Shown piece by piece: positions 39,492 to 51,772 of a stretch of 64,000 nt of DNA. The stretch spans positions 1 to 64,000 of the forward strand of contig JYFJ02000886.1 in assembly GCA_000934665.2 (NCBI GenBank), written 5' to 3'. Each line of letters opens with the position of its first letter. Position 1 is the stretch's first letter. The position numbers were made by a program, and so were the translations under genes. Under the pieces are notes generated by a model that worked only from the letters and a program-made list of their open reading frames with translations, made no database searches and was not told the origin of the DNA. Source of the stretch: Catajapyx aquilonaris. Taxonomy: Eukaryota.

Positions 39492-40532
39492 TACAAGATA
39501 GTGTAGAGTAGTCCAATTCTCCATTTTTTGAGTCAAATTGTATTAACTTGATGGTGTTTTGACTGCTGCGGGGATTACCAGCAGACATGCTTATATTAGT
39601 TGGAAGTTCCTTGTTAAAACTCCCTGTATGGTAATCAAAGTTGTGACTTCGAATGTGGGATTAGAGGATTAGGCCATCTGCAGCCTGACCGAAAGTGCTA
39701 CTATTGTACTTCTAGCGACCGGTCCAGACTATGGATCGTACCATAATTCAGCTTATAATTATGCCTATAACAGTTCAATTAATATTTTCGACATATCTGG
39801 TGGGTGAAAAGTCAGCTCATTTGTAATAAATATAAGTTTCTAGAACAATCATATGCAAGTGTGGCAGGTAGGTTCAGAAAGATTACAACGGTACAGTATA
39901 TCTCTGCTATACTAGTTAAAAATTAAAGAGTAAAATAAGCGAGAGTATGCGAGATTTCTACCGATAAGTGATCTAACTCGTGCTTCATCAGGTGAAAGAG
40001 GTGGTTTTGGCAAAAATCAAAAATAAAGGAATGAAGAAAGAAAACTCAACACCTATGACTACCATTTCACACGCACTTTTGAAGGCTTCGATTTCTCCGC
40101 ATTGCAGGCATTTTGCGCGTCATCCTGCGCCTTTGTTAAATTACTGACGCAAACTTTGGAACATAGCTGCCATCCATAACGAATGTCACGTTCATTCTTG
40201 GATTTTGTGACACCGCCTCTCAGTACACCTGACGGATGTGACTGTATCCGTATCTATATTTGATGACCAACTGAGACTATTCAAAAATATACTTTACACC
40301 TCATGCTATACCTGGGAGACAGAATATTCTTGTTACGACAGCCTTGAATAAGCTAATAGATTATTCATGAAAAAGCTCATTACAGTCTACAAGGTTGTTT
40401 TAAGCCCACTTTAAATGGTATTACTATCTAGAATAAGTGTAAATAAAGTGCTGTCCAACCGGACAGTAACCAGAATGCGTCTAGCATGATTGTGGTTGGT
40501 GGGTCATACACCAGTTGTCCGGCAACCACAAC

Positions 40533-40872
40533 CAACCCCCGGACACTACACCTATAATCTTATCACCTGAGGTGCTCACTTGAGAGCGCCATGAGACCGC
40601 CTTTCACTGCTACATTATGTGGCGACCCTACCGGACCGAAATGAACTTTATAGGTACAAAAGGAAAGGGCTACATTGGGGGACCCAACATGGTCGCCGAC
40701 GGCCATGTTGGACCCGCATGTAGCGGCTTCATTTCTACCTAAGTTCAGCGCGGTCAGGTAGGGTCGCCACATAATGTAGCAGTGAAAGGCGGTCTCATGG
40801 CGCTCTCAAGTGAGCACCTCCTGCAAAACGCGATAAGAGGTAGTGACCAGACCTTAGTATTATAAGACCATG
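40533..40872 (+). mobile_element. Asymmetric-ended fold-back element, copy 2
   Basis: Left end CAACCCCCGGACAC, right end CTTAGTATTATAAGACCATG. TSD ACCACAAC (40525-40532) versus GCCACAAC (40873-40880). Internal palindrome homologous to copy 1. Confidence 0.85.
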
Positions 40873-41062
40873 GCCACAACAATCCAACGACGCCCGTGTG
40901 AACCTAGCCCCGAAAGAGGTTAATATCAAGCAAGATCCTGTAGAAAGTGGGCAATGAACCTGTTGAATGAAGCAGCAAAATGGTGTTCATCTGGGACAAC
41001 CGGGTGAATCGTCAGGAGGACGAAAGGAGTGCTCATAGCCGAACCACAATCCATCATCGTCG

Positions 41063-41234
41063 ATGGCAGCGGCAAGGAGCAGTGACGGAGCGGATATCGG
41101 ACATGGGCGGTTGCAGGCAGAGGAGAATAGCACAGCAGGAGCTCACAGCAAAAAGAGAAGACTACGGACCCTATTGCGTTTATTGTCAGCCTGCGCCATT
41201 ACTTTGGGATCCGCCATCTTCTACACACCCTGGA
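41063..41234 (+). CDS. Possible first coding exon of a single-pass (type II-like) membrane protein
   Basis: MAAARSS...HSKKRRLR is followed by hydrophobic TLLRLLSACAITLGSAIFYTPW and ends exactly at consensus donor GA|GTAAGT. No convincing downstream exons found. Confidence 0.3.
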
Positions 41235-43307
41235 GTAAGTATAACGAGGCAAGTAAGGCTTATCCAAGCCCCCAAGTGTTTCCGCGTAGTTGGTAGGGGC
41301 AGAGCAGGCGATTTTGATTGCCGGTCGGTCGGCAAGCAGCAAAGTTAGGCAAAGGAAACGATTCGGTTAGAAAGCTACCGCAAGCAGGCAGGCAAGCAGT
41401 CAGTCAGTCAGCCAACCAGCCAAATCCCGCCAGCCTGCGGCACAATTGGCGTGCAGCTACTAGCCTACTATGCAGTATACTCGGTAAGCTTTTCTAGAGA
41501 AATGGTGGCTGCTCCTGATAACAGCAAATCATGGCAACGACGGAACACGCTTCGCAACCTCTTCTCCTCTTCTCCCCAGCGTAATGGCTTCCTTCATTAC
41601 AGCAGCCTGTGATGAAACTTGTTAACTTGAATGAATGTGATTGTTTACTTACTTACGGCGAATCCCTCGACGACTGATTTCCAACGCAGGCTAAATGTAA
41701 TAAGGGGAGAAGCTGAAGGTAATTATAAAGTTTGCTCAGCAAGTGTAGGCCATACTTGTCGACTACAAGCTAGCAACTTCGAGCAATGATATGATTATTA
41801 TTTTCACTATTCCTTCCTTTGCACGTGGTTCGTACTGTGCGTGCTGATAAGCTTCTCAAAGAACCGTCACCAGACTTCGAATCACATTTTTTTCCCCTCC
41901 CAAGCTCATTCTTCATGTTTTCACGCTTCGGGTTTTGGTTTCCTTATGGTATACCTGCGGTCATTATTTGGGTCCACAACTCGCTGCGAGGAATATTTAT
42001 GAAGACATAACAACCGAAATTTGGAGCATCCTTTATCTGCTCCACTCGGTATTGAATTTCCCCAGGAATGATGACTGCTGCTCTGGCCTCATTGCGGTCT
42101 TCCGCACATTGATCTGCACAACACGGCCTTTTTGTTTATGAAACCTGCTTTATGAGTCAACTTAGGGAATGTGCACCTAATGTGCGTCCTACAAGAGGAA
42201 TGTACTTGTACACCCACCCCTTGTCCACAATATTTTTACATTAACTTGCAGTACTGCGGGTTTAAATGGCAATCTATTTGGGTTGCTCCCACCCAAAACT
42301 CTGCAGTAGTTGAATTGGTCTGTCACCAGCATAAAAGTGGGCTTACAACAAAACTGAATAATACATCACTGGCCAGCAAAAAACATTACTACTATTGGTT
42401 CTAACCTGCATACGCATAGTGGCCTGCATGAATATTGGAACTTAGTGCACATATTAATCGTAATAATAATCATGCTTAATGTAAACTATTGCTGATGTTG
42501 CTTCATCTCAACCAGCCTCATGTTCTGTCTCATGCAATATAATATGGCAGCTCTTCTCTCCCCTCAAAGCCCTTATTTACGGACAGCCGGATATTAGTCC
42601 ACTCTACTGTATGTGGTACAGTCTGTACGACAGTATATCTGCACCAAGGGCTGACCTCGCGGTATGGATTAGGTGTGGTAAAGGTTACAGCTGACGCGGA
42701 TTAGGGCTTCCTCCCGTCATTAGCAGATTTGTAAAATTAATAATTAAACACTTGTGGATATTAATATATTATGCTGGTTTGCACATGCGGATATTTTCTT
42801 ATTCTACTAAAGGCATATAATTGCCTCTACCAAAATAGAATTGTGTATTTGAAGAGTTTTCATTCACTTAAAAAATGTTTTTTTTTTTCAACAAAACTAA
42901 TACCACCCTGAATATAGGAATGTGAAGTGGTAAAATAACACCCGGGGTTCCCATCTTCTTTCGTGCAGAGTTGGGCCATCTCTGGCTTCGTTTCGGGTGG
43001 GAATTTCCGCTAGACTAACCCACCCGGGGGAGTTCACAAAATGACCATATAACGACATTGCACTTGCACTTCACACATCCCCTCCTAATTACCCTTGGAG
43101 CAATTAGAAATACGTATATGTATCGCTCCAAACCACAAATGGTGGTAACCCACTCCCCTAGAAATGGCCTATCGGCCAGATAACGGGGTACAGGAAAAAG
43201 GGTAGTAAAATAAATGTAAGAATATACTCGTAAAAAGGAGCATGCCGTTTTCAAGTTTTCCGTAAGCCAAGCAAAGGTTCAAAAGTGCCAAGAGGGACTA
43301 AAATATA

Positions 43308-43759
43308 AGGTGAAGTGGGGTAAGTGCATATATGAAGGGGTTAGTGCCATAACGTGCTAAGCCACACTTTTGTGTTTTTTGAGCTTGCACGTGTCTGAAA
43401 GTCCCACCATCGTGCCTCACAAGTGGGCATCACGTAGTTAGAAAAATTCCCCATAGATCACGAGAAAATCACGAATAATGTTCCTTGTTTTGTATGATTT
43501 GCCATATTAAGCCAAACTTTTGAAAGCCCATATCTCAGAATGAAGGTTTTGTGGCTTAGCACGTTATGGCACTAACCCATTCATATTGTGCCGCCATGTT
43601 GGAATGAAAATGGCTGACGACACCAAAACGCGGGGGGATGTTATGTGCAGCTACACAAAAGAGTGCCTGACGCGTTTTGGTGTCGTCAGCCATGTTCATT
43701 CCAATATGGCGGCACAATATATGCACTTACCCCGTGTATGCACTTACCCCACTTCACCT
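43308..43759. mobile_element. Palindromic MITE (AGGTGAAGTGGGGTAAGTGCA termini) interrupted by a nested MITE
   Basis: Removing 43333-43585 restores GGGGTAAGTGCATATATTGTGCCGCC, the exact reverse complement of the right-arm GGCGGCACAATATATGCACTTACCCC. Confidence 0.88.
43333..43583. mobile_element. Nested MITE with 33-bp TIR, ATAT/TA-flanked
   Basis: TGAAGGGGTTAGTGCCATAACGTGCTAAGCCAC pairs with GTGGCTTAGCACGTTATGGCACTAACCCATTCA. The target duplication is visible against the host element's intact arm. Confidence 0.9.
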
Positions 43760-44984
43760 TTTATTTCACTTATGCGCATGTGGCTACACTTTACAAGTCT
43801 AGATTGTTATAAACTCATCTTAAATGAATCACACGCAGGTATGGCCTACGGGACCACTCAAAACCAGTAGATGCAGCTGGTCTTTTGTACAGCTTAGAAG
43901 AATTTACTCTATAGTTGTAAACCGCTCTTGGTTACCTTCTGGAGTTCCTTCCACCCACACGTACACCAGAGTCGCCTTTTCTGCATAATACACTACAATG
44001 CACATGAAACAGTATCTGATGGCTCAAAAATGTCGCGATCCAACAGTAAAAATCGCAGTAATATGTCACGCTAGTGACGTAACACGTGGAGAAAGTTTTC
44101 AGTGAAACTAAATACCTTTTTCCACAGTAACTATGGCACATTCAAAAACGCAGGTCAATCAAATATTCTGCTATTATACATGACTGTGTGTAGCGTACAT
44201 TATAGACTCAGCTACACGTTAACGCATTCTTTCTATTGTATAAAAACGTTTGAAAAAATTCCGTTCCCCTTCCGCTCTGGTTTCAAACGCTCTATACTGA
44301 ATACAATAAAACACATCATTAGTCAACATTAGATTAATACCGTATTGAAAGTGAATAAGCTCCTTGATCTGCCAGTGCCAATACTCTAGATAATACAGTT
44401 GTCTTCTTAACGTATAGCACCGCACTAATCATTTTGTTAAAGAGTATTGTCTACATTACTGTATGCTGAGTCGCAGAGAAAACTTCCTCTGCTCAAGCAA
44501 GCTGTGTACGGAAAGTAAAGCTGTTTCACCAGGATTGGGCCCAACTTTGCGCAGGCAAGATGCTGATAACGAGCGGCTACGAATGACTAAGCACTGTGGA
44601 TGGCTCTTCCACCAAGGGGGAGCGAAGGTGGAGGAGAAAGAAGGCAAAAAAGAAGGAAAAAGTTGTTTCTAAACTTCAGCAATTTCCCCATCGATTTCTG
44701 ATCCGATTATCCGGAGTCCTGAAGGAGGGGATGAGGGTGCTCAAAACAAAAAAGGAAAAGCAGGGAAACAAAATTACAAGTCTTCTTTTAGCACTTAGAC
44801 TAGCAATACTGCAACATATTATGCGCATAAGGGTGTTTGTCAAGAATAACAAACCGGTTCCAGTCTATTGGGCGCATGCTGTCAGGAATCAAATTCAAAT
44901 AATATTAGCATGAAATCCTGAAATTCAGAACGAGCAGTCACATTTGAGTTATAGTAGTTATACAGTACCGTATATATTCTATAT

Positions 44985-45230
44985 GAAGACCTCCGGGGAA
45001 GAACGATCAAGGTCCACCTCAGGTGAAACTGAGATTTTCAATTTTTAAAGGCCCATATAAGGTTCCATTGTAAATCCCACTTTCGGGGCCTTCCATTGTG
45101 ACCTATATATGATCATTACTCCACAACCACGACCAAACCATCATATTCTATGCTAGTGAAACTATCTTCGGAGATATGTAACTAATTTTTGACAAAAAGG
45201 GGACCTTGATCGTTCTTCCCCGAGGTCTTC
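44985..45230. mobile_element. MITE with TIR about 30 bp, flanked by ATAT
   Basis: ATAT|GAAGACCTCCGGGGAAGAACGATCAAGGTCC ... GGACCTTGATCGTTCTTCCCCGAGGTCTTC|ATAT. Confidence 0.88.
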
Positions 45231-47529
45231 ATATTCTATTAATTATGGAGGTAGGGCTATTTTGCAAGTAAACAAATATGCACGGAAAAATGCTGTCTTT
45301 GACTTATGCATACATATCTTCCTTCGGTTTTTCTGGAAAATGTTTATAAATTTTACTCTTGTGTTTTTGACATGCACTCACTCATATAAACATCCATGAT
45401 TTTTAAAGTCAATATCCCAGAGGCCGAGCTACCAAGTAATTCAATTTATGTTCATTTTATTATACGTAGGAGACAGTCACCGAGGTGATTGAGTGTCGGC
45501 TGTTGCATCCAACATATACAGTATAAGGTGGCGTAATGGACATTGGGATTGGTTGGTGATGCTAAATATTTTAGGACCTCGGGCAAATGACACCTTCCTA
45601 TATACATACACATATTTATTATTTACAACGTTGCCCGTAAATGTTACACACTCCGCTTTTAAAAATAAACTGGTGGGGTAGTCACGTACAGTACTTACAA
45701 AGTGATTATCTGCTGTTTACAAATACCCCACAAAAGTTTGTCTGAATCATTATGAGGCAGCCGTTATGGTACTGTACCTTCAGACACCAGTGAATAATCT
45801 GCCCTTTGTCACTTTAATCTGCATTAAACATTACTGAAAAATGTATAACTAAAATTACCCGCATGACTAATAACGAGATAGGTCGAAAGGTGAGAGTGAT
45901 TCATTATAACTGATATCGGTCTTTTTGACACGAGCATACTTCTACACCATACTGTAGTAGTAGTGCGTGTACTGTACATGGAATAGGCCTAGTTCCATAA
46001 GGGCTTGCGGAATCTCTTTGATGCTTGCCCTTCATCAATATGTCCTATGATCATCACACCGGTTACACTCGACTTTTTGTCCACTTTGAAAATTCACTGA
46101 CGTCAATAGTTACATGCTATAGTACAGGCCGTTGGAAAACCTAACCATATTCTATAGGCTCGAGTATTTCGTGGCGGGCCTTCAACAGCTGGGAATGTTT
46201 CTTAGGTAAGATTCAAGGATTCAAGATGTGTACAGTACCTTCCATACCTGCATTTCAGCCTGCCCCTCTTTCCAAAATGCATTGCCCTTCCTCCTTCCAT
46301 ATTCCCCCCTGAGTGTTCATCAGCAGCACAGTTCTCTCGGGAATCACTCAATGGGTGATCTATGTCAGGCAGATCCCGAGCGACCTTGCGGAAGGAGGCC
46401 AGGGACCTGTACGCTGGGGACACAAAGCCACCCTGCGCAAAACAGTAGGCCTACTTGACGGCACAGCATCGCAGGTGCAGTCACTATACAGAATATATCT
46501 TCGTGACACCAGATCTGAGGATATTAGCGGTAGATATTATTTTATCGCCCTTAACATTAGCTATTCGAGAGTACCTGCTTAATAATAAGCATATTTGAAT
46601 CAAAATACATATTGTTATGGGGTTTAGTTCTCATCTGTACGTGCCTAAATCATCAACCTCGCTTTTTATATTGGCCATTTATTGGCCAAAAGTGAAAAAC
46701 AAGTAATATGTACGGGTAGTGATAGTGACCTCAGCCAGACCTATGCCAGGTGAGACCAATAAGGCCAAAGTGGTATGGTCTGAACCACCCCGTAAACTAC
46801 TGGGACTTGCGAATTTGCATGTTACATTTGCTCCATGTTACAGTTGACCCGTCCTCCCCTATGCAATTTACAAGATGGCGATCGTAAACAATTCATGAAT
46901 GCTGATATCCCGCAGGCTTAGATTATGTTGACGGAAACGACAAATGGGAGACCCTCTCACCGAGTAAAGCTGGTTCAATGATACGGTACTGATGTACCAC
47001 AGTAATGACGGTATACATACAGCCACTTCTTCTCTCCAAGGAAACTTCAAAAAACTCAAATTCACCTGTAAAATTAAGCCTGTTAGTTCGCTTGGCCAAA
47101 AGAAGTGAATTTCCGTTCAGGAGCCACTTGTATGCATTTTGAGCACTTCTTGAAATTTTCACTTGGTAGGATATCTCAATTGCTATAAGTTACATGCATG
47201 GATATGCTTAACGTATATATTTTTCTTAAGCAATAATTTATTTACATGAACAACCCGTAGATGTGAATATCACAACGTAATTTTTAGAAATAAAAGGCCC
47301 AGAATCACGCAGAACTCTATACACTGTTTCTATGCTCAAGCAAGAAAAGGGAAATGGGACAGGTTATGGATTAGTAACTACTGGAATGAATTTGAATTCC
47401 AGAGTGGCGCTTTCTCTAAGTTTTCTAGCAACTTATGTTCGACACGTGCACATTGAAAATAGACTATTCTTTCTCTCCCTGTCTGTCTGTATCGTCAACT
47501 TGGGCAGAGAAACACTTGGTACACTTGAA

Positions 47530-47668
47530 CAGTGGTGGAAATTAATGGAGAAGCACAAGTGTCGCCTCCTGGCGGAGTTTTCCCTCTACATGAAGGTGCT
47601 CCATGTAAAGGGAATACTCCGCCAGTAGGAGACACTACCTTGTGCTTCTCCATTAATTTCCACCACTG
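47530..47668. mobile_element. Short palindromic MITE (CAGTGGTGG termini)
   Basis: CAGTGGTGGAAATTAATGGAGAAGCACAAG pairs perfectly with CTTGTGCTTCTCCATTAATTTCCACCACTG. The interior also pairs. No 8-bp TSD is visible, only AA on both sides. Confidence 0.85.
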
Positions 47669-48009
47669 AACCACTTACCGTTTTAAATAATACTGTACAC
47701 GGTATATAGGTTGTATGTCATTTCTAAGCGGCATAAATTCCTCCAACGTATAACTTGTGCTGGTTAAACTTATGCCTTCATCTCGTTGTATAGAAGAGGC
47801 GAACACAGCAATTCAATGTAAATACTTTTAAACTAATAATGATTAAATAATTACAAGTTTAGAATTAACAGTAGCCTACAGTTTTGCTAAAGAGAGTGGA
47901 GAATTTGTTGATTAAATATTATCACTTCGCTCCTAACTTAGGAGCAAGGGATATCAAGTGTCACATCAACACACTACAGTCAACAGCGGATAGCTGTGTA
48001 TAACTTATA

Positions 48010-48264
48010 CAGAGTGTTCCAGATTCGTGGGTCACTTTTTGATAACACTGATATCGCCCGATTGCAGTTATTTTTTGTAGCTTGTTGTGCCCCTAACCAC
48101 GTGCTCCATTCTGTAGCACCTGCTATAATCGACTCCCAGTGGGTCGAGTATAGCAGTAGTTATAGAATGGGGCACATGGTTAGGGACAAAACAAGCTACA
48201 AAAACTAACTGCTATCGGGCGATATCAGTTATCAAAAAGTGACCCACGAATCTGGAACACCCTC
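48010..48264. mobile_element. Tc1/mariner-like palindromic MITE (CAGRGTGTTCCAG termini)
   Basis: TA|CAGAGTGTTCCAGATTCGTGGGTCACTTTTTGATAAC ... GTTATCAAAAAGTGACCCACGAATCTGGAACACCCTC|TA. The arms pair almost to the centre. Confidence 0.9.
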
Positions 48265-48619
48265 TATACACACAACGCACTAGCATGGAACCCGTCACAT
48301 TGTTATAATATTGGGTGTCTGTAGAGCCACCATGGAAATATGACAAAATGGCATAATTCCACGAGTTAAATATTAACCACGTTATTATAATAATATATTA
48401 TTAAAAGTGGAACTGTGACAAGTATGTTTACCACGGAAAATTGACATGTAGCCGCAATTACCAATTAACCAAGCAAAGTGTGTATATTATTTACACCTAA
48501 CACTCGAGAGTGTCGTCCACTGGCGTCATATGAGCCATGGGCTATGCGCATGTGATTATTAATTAGTATTATTAGATTGTCATTGTTTATGATTTGCCAA
48601 ATTGTTTTTGATTATTTAT

Positions 48620-48990
48620 TGTGTATGATATTACATTGCTGCCTATTTACATGTCACAATTTTATTATACAGTGTGATCCAAAATACTTGTCCGACTATT
48701 TGTTGGCCCTAAGCTATTTATTTGAAGCAGTTGCGTGTCACACCACTACCATGTCAGAATATGATGAGTACTGTAGATGAGGAAGACAAATTCTTCGGTC
48801 CCAATGTTGGAACATTCCTCCTTACACAAGCCTGCTTCCAAATAATGACGCAAGCCTCGTCTCCTGACTTGCCGGATCTTTTAACCAGAGCTAAGGTTGA
48901 ATATCCTTATCCTCGGCAGCAGTATAGCGGTATGCAATAAGATGACGGTGGCGTGTATCTTTCAGGCTTCCTGCTGGCGTGCTGCCAAAA
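48620..48990 (+). pseudogene. Possible decayed Ulp1/C48 (SUMO-protease-like) domain, probably transposon-derived
   Basis: Ordered motifs H-C-C-L (cf. HWxL), IIQCDP (cf. IxxxDS/P), PRQQ and D-G-G-V-Y (cf. DCGVY). Interrupted by a frameshift and a stop. Confidence 0.3.
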
Positions 48991-50496
48991 GCAATTAGGA
49001 GGTCAGAGGAGTTGCATGTGTTTAGTGAAAAGCCCTCTAATTTCTCTCGGCACGTTCCCCAGTGTCTCTCTAGAAGGCCTACTAAATCACAACGCGCTCA
49101 AGTGGCGACACGGAAATTAAAAGCCCTCCTAAAGCGCTCCCAATGTGATGTAATACGAAAATAACTGCAAGGAACCGCATTTGGCGACGCTTTCACAACC
49201 ACAATGCCAGGTCACTTTTTAAACCCAAGTTCAACTTGTGTTCTAGGGTTCTCATACGTCAACATGGATTTCAAGCGGCGAATTTCTGACAGCATTATCA
49301 ACATGTCTCATTCATTAGAGTGTGCGTGCAATCGCACAACGGAGTTGAAGGTACTGAATAGGTACAATGTACTCAAACATCTCATAGTAGCAGGTTTGGT
49401 TCATGTGACCAATCAAGTGGTAGTCAACTGTGTACAGTACTTGCCAGAGGCGTAACGTGAACGCCTCTACAATGCGAGAGAGTACAGAGTGGTGGGTAAG
49501 TACTTGGGGAAGGACGTCAACCCAGCAATAGTTTTCAACCATTAAAAATTTAACTAAAAATTTAAGATACCCTAGTTATATTTTCCCGCTTCTCTGATTG
49601 CAGCACGAATAGTTGAAAAATGTGAAGCATCTAATATTATATTGATAATGGAAACTCAAAAATATTATTAAAAACTTTCGTGCGGAGCACATTTGAAAAC
49701 ACTCTACACGCAGGCAGGAAAATGCCAGAAATGATATTTAAAACGTGCATATTAATTTTTAATAGGGTACACGGTTTTCAAAGGGAGCAGTTAAAAGCTT
49801 ATAAGCATGTAGGTGGCACTCCAACAACCTGTTTTTCATTAAGTTTGATTTTCACACTAATATACAATGCTGTTAGCCGCATATTATTGCTGTAACTCGT
49901 TTGTTGAATGCCACTCCCTGCGCCACATTCCTCACCTATGGCATTAAAAGAATGTGCTCCAGGTAGTGCCATTCACAGGACTAGTGGCCGCAATAATCTA
50001 GCACGGTATGTGCCAATGGTACTATATGAAAGTAAGTGATGTTCTATAGCCATAAAACTATAGCACAGGAATTTTGAACCGTTAATTTAGTTTTATTTTT
50101 CATATTCACGTGTGTTTATTCTTAAATGTTTAAAAATGTTAAAAATGACGATTCAGCAAAGCCCACATTGTTACTTAATGACTCCATTGTCGAAGCAGGA
50201 CTATCCCAGAAGTTCTTCTTTAAAACCCATCCACCAACCCAGGTCCGCAACTGGCACGTCCCACACAATTAGCAGAGGCATCAAATATTATTCTTTCACA
50301 TTAGTTGCACCTTTAAAAACACACCCATCCGACGCTTAGTTGCCGTACTTTCCATTTGCCACTAGAGAGGCTTTGACTAATCCGTAAATCCTGCCGCTGC
50401 ACACGGGCATGAATTTTCCCACCACATCAATCTACAGGTCGCACTGTACTTGAAGAGGACATCACTTCAAACAACACTTGGGCCCGACATGCGTGG

Positions 50497-50541
<45 letters not shown>
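50497..50541. repeat. Compound (GT)n(GA)n microsatellite
   Basis: Direct reading. Confidence 0.95.
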
Positions 50542-50543
<2 letters not shown>

Positions 50544-51425
50544 CTTGTTTGATGTAGGAAGGACCGGTATTAGAGAGACTGGCCTGTCGACAATGGTGGA
50601 AAGAGTGCATGTCTGTGCGGCGTCCGACAGAAACTTGGAGCACAGAAGAAGCTGTCATAATCTAAGTTGTCAGGCTAATTGCCGATCCCGTCAGAAGGAC
50701 AGCTGTCGGAACCGAGTCGCAGACTTGTTGGAGGATTTTCTGTGTCGAGAAACTTGGGCATGTTTAATTACTATCGTATCGCAGCTCCACTGCTTCTTGT
50801 CAAGAAGCGTCTTCCTCTAGCTTTTTTTTATGGTCCTCTCGCCAAATCTGGACTTTCCGCTTTAGAAAAACTTTCTTGCCTTCTCCGTGAGTTTTCGTTT
50901 TTTTTAAAAAAAAAGTTGAATAATATAAATTTTACAATGGTTCTGATTAGAGTGAGACACCAAGCTAGTCTATTGAATCTGCCAATTTGTTACGCATTGC
51001 GCAGGATGTCGCAACTTTGGAAGAGCCTTGTTTCTCTGAAATTCATTTATCAGGTGCAAATAATGTGGACTTACGTGCAGCGATAATTTAATACTGTTCG
51101 CGATTGAAAAGTCAAGCATATGCCCGTCATGATTCAATTTTTTGCCACTTTTTATTCCACTTTATCTGGTTTTGACTCTGAGAGGTGGTTATAACATGCA
51201 ATACATAAATCATAGCAGGCTAATGCAAAAATTATGCTGACATTAATTTTAAAAAATTCGTCACCACAAACAACCGACACAGTACAGTACATGGCAAACT
51301 ATTGTGTATGCAATAGTGTTGCGTTTCAGACCCAGGTCGTCACTGTCATATTTGCACTCACGCAATAGCATTATCCGACTATAATTTGTGTAGTTGATGC
51401 AGAGAGTCCTTGGCATAAATAATTA

Positions 51426-51772
51426 TTTTTTTAAATGTTAACCCCGTGATAGGGTGGAGCCCTTTTAGGGGGGTGGCATACCACCATCAGTTTTCTTGAA
51501 TATTGTTTTTCTTCAAACACCACACCAGTGCAAGGAAACAATGACATAGGGTAAGGAAAGGATTTTTTTTGAGGGGGGGATGGGTGCAAGTGCAATGTCG
51601 GGAAAGAGATCATGTGCTGTTCCCCAGGAGGTTAGGTTGCCAGACACCTCCAAGGCGCGGGTCAGAGACCATCCTGACGCACGTGAGAGGGAAAGCCCCA
51701 GGCGGGGATCGAACCTGGGACCTTCCACTCAGCAAGCCGAGACGTTACCATCTCGGCCACCGTGCCTTCCCC
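51426..51772 (-). mobile_element. tRNA-derived SINE, family A, full length, minus strand
   Basis: Reverse complement reads GGGGAAGGCACGGTGGCCGAGATGGTAACGTCTCGGCTTGCTG...GGTTCGATCC...ATCACGGGGTTAAC + A-rich tail, colinear with 1877-2226. Confidence 0.92.

Noticed and set aside
49315..49542. Minus-strand ENYCWVDVLPQVL, resembling a USP/C19 Cys box
   Set aside because: Single short motif with no His box identifiable.
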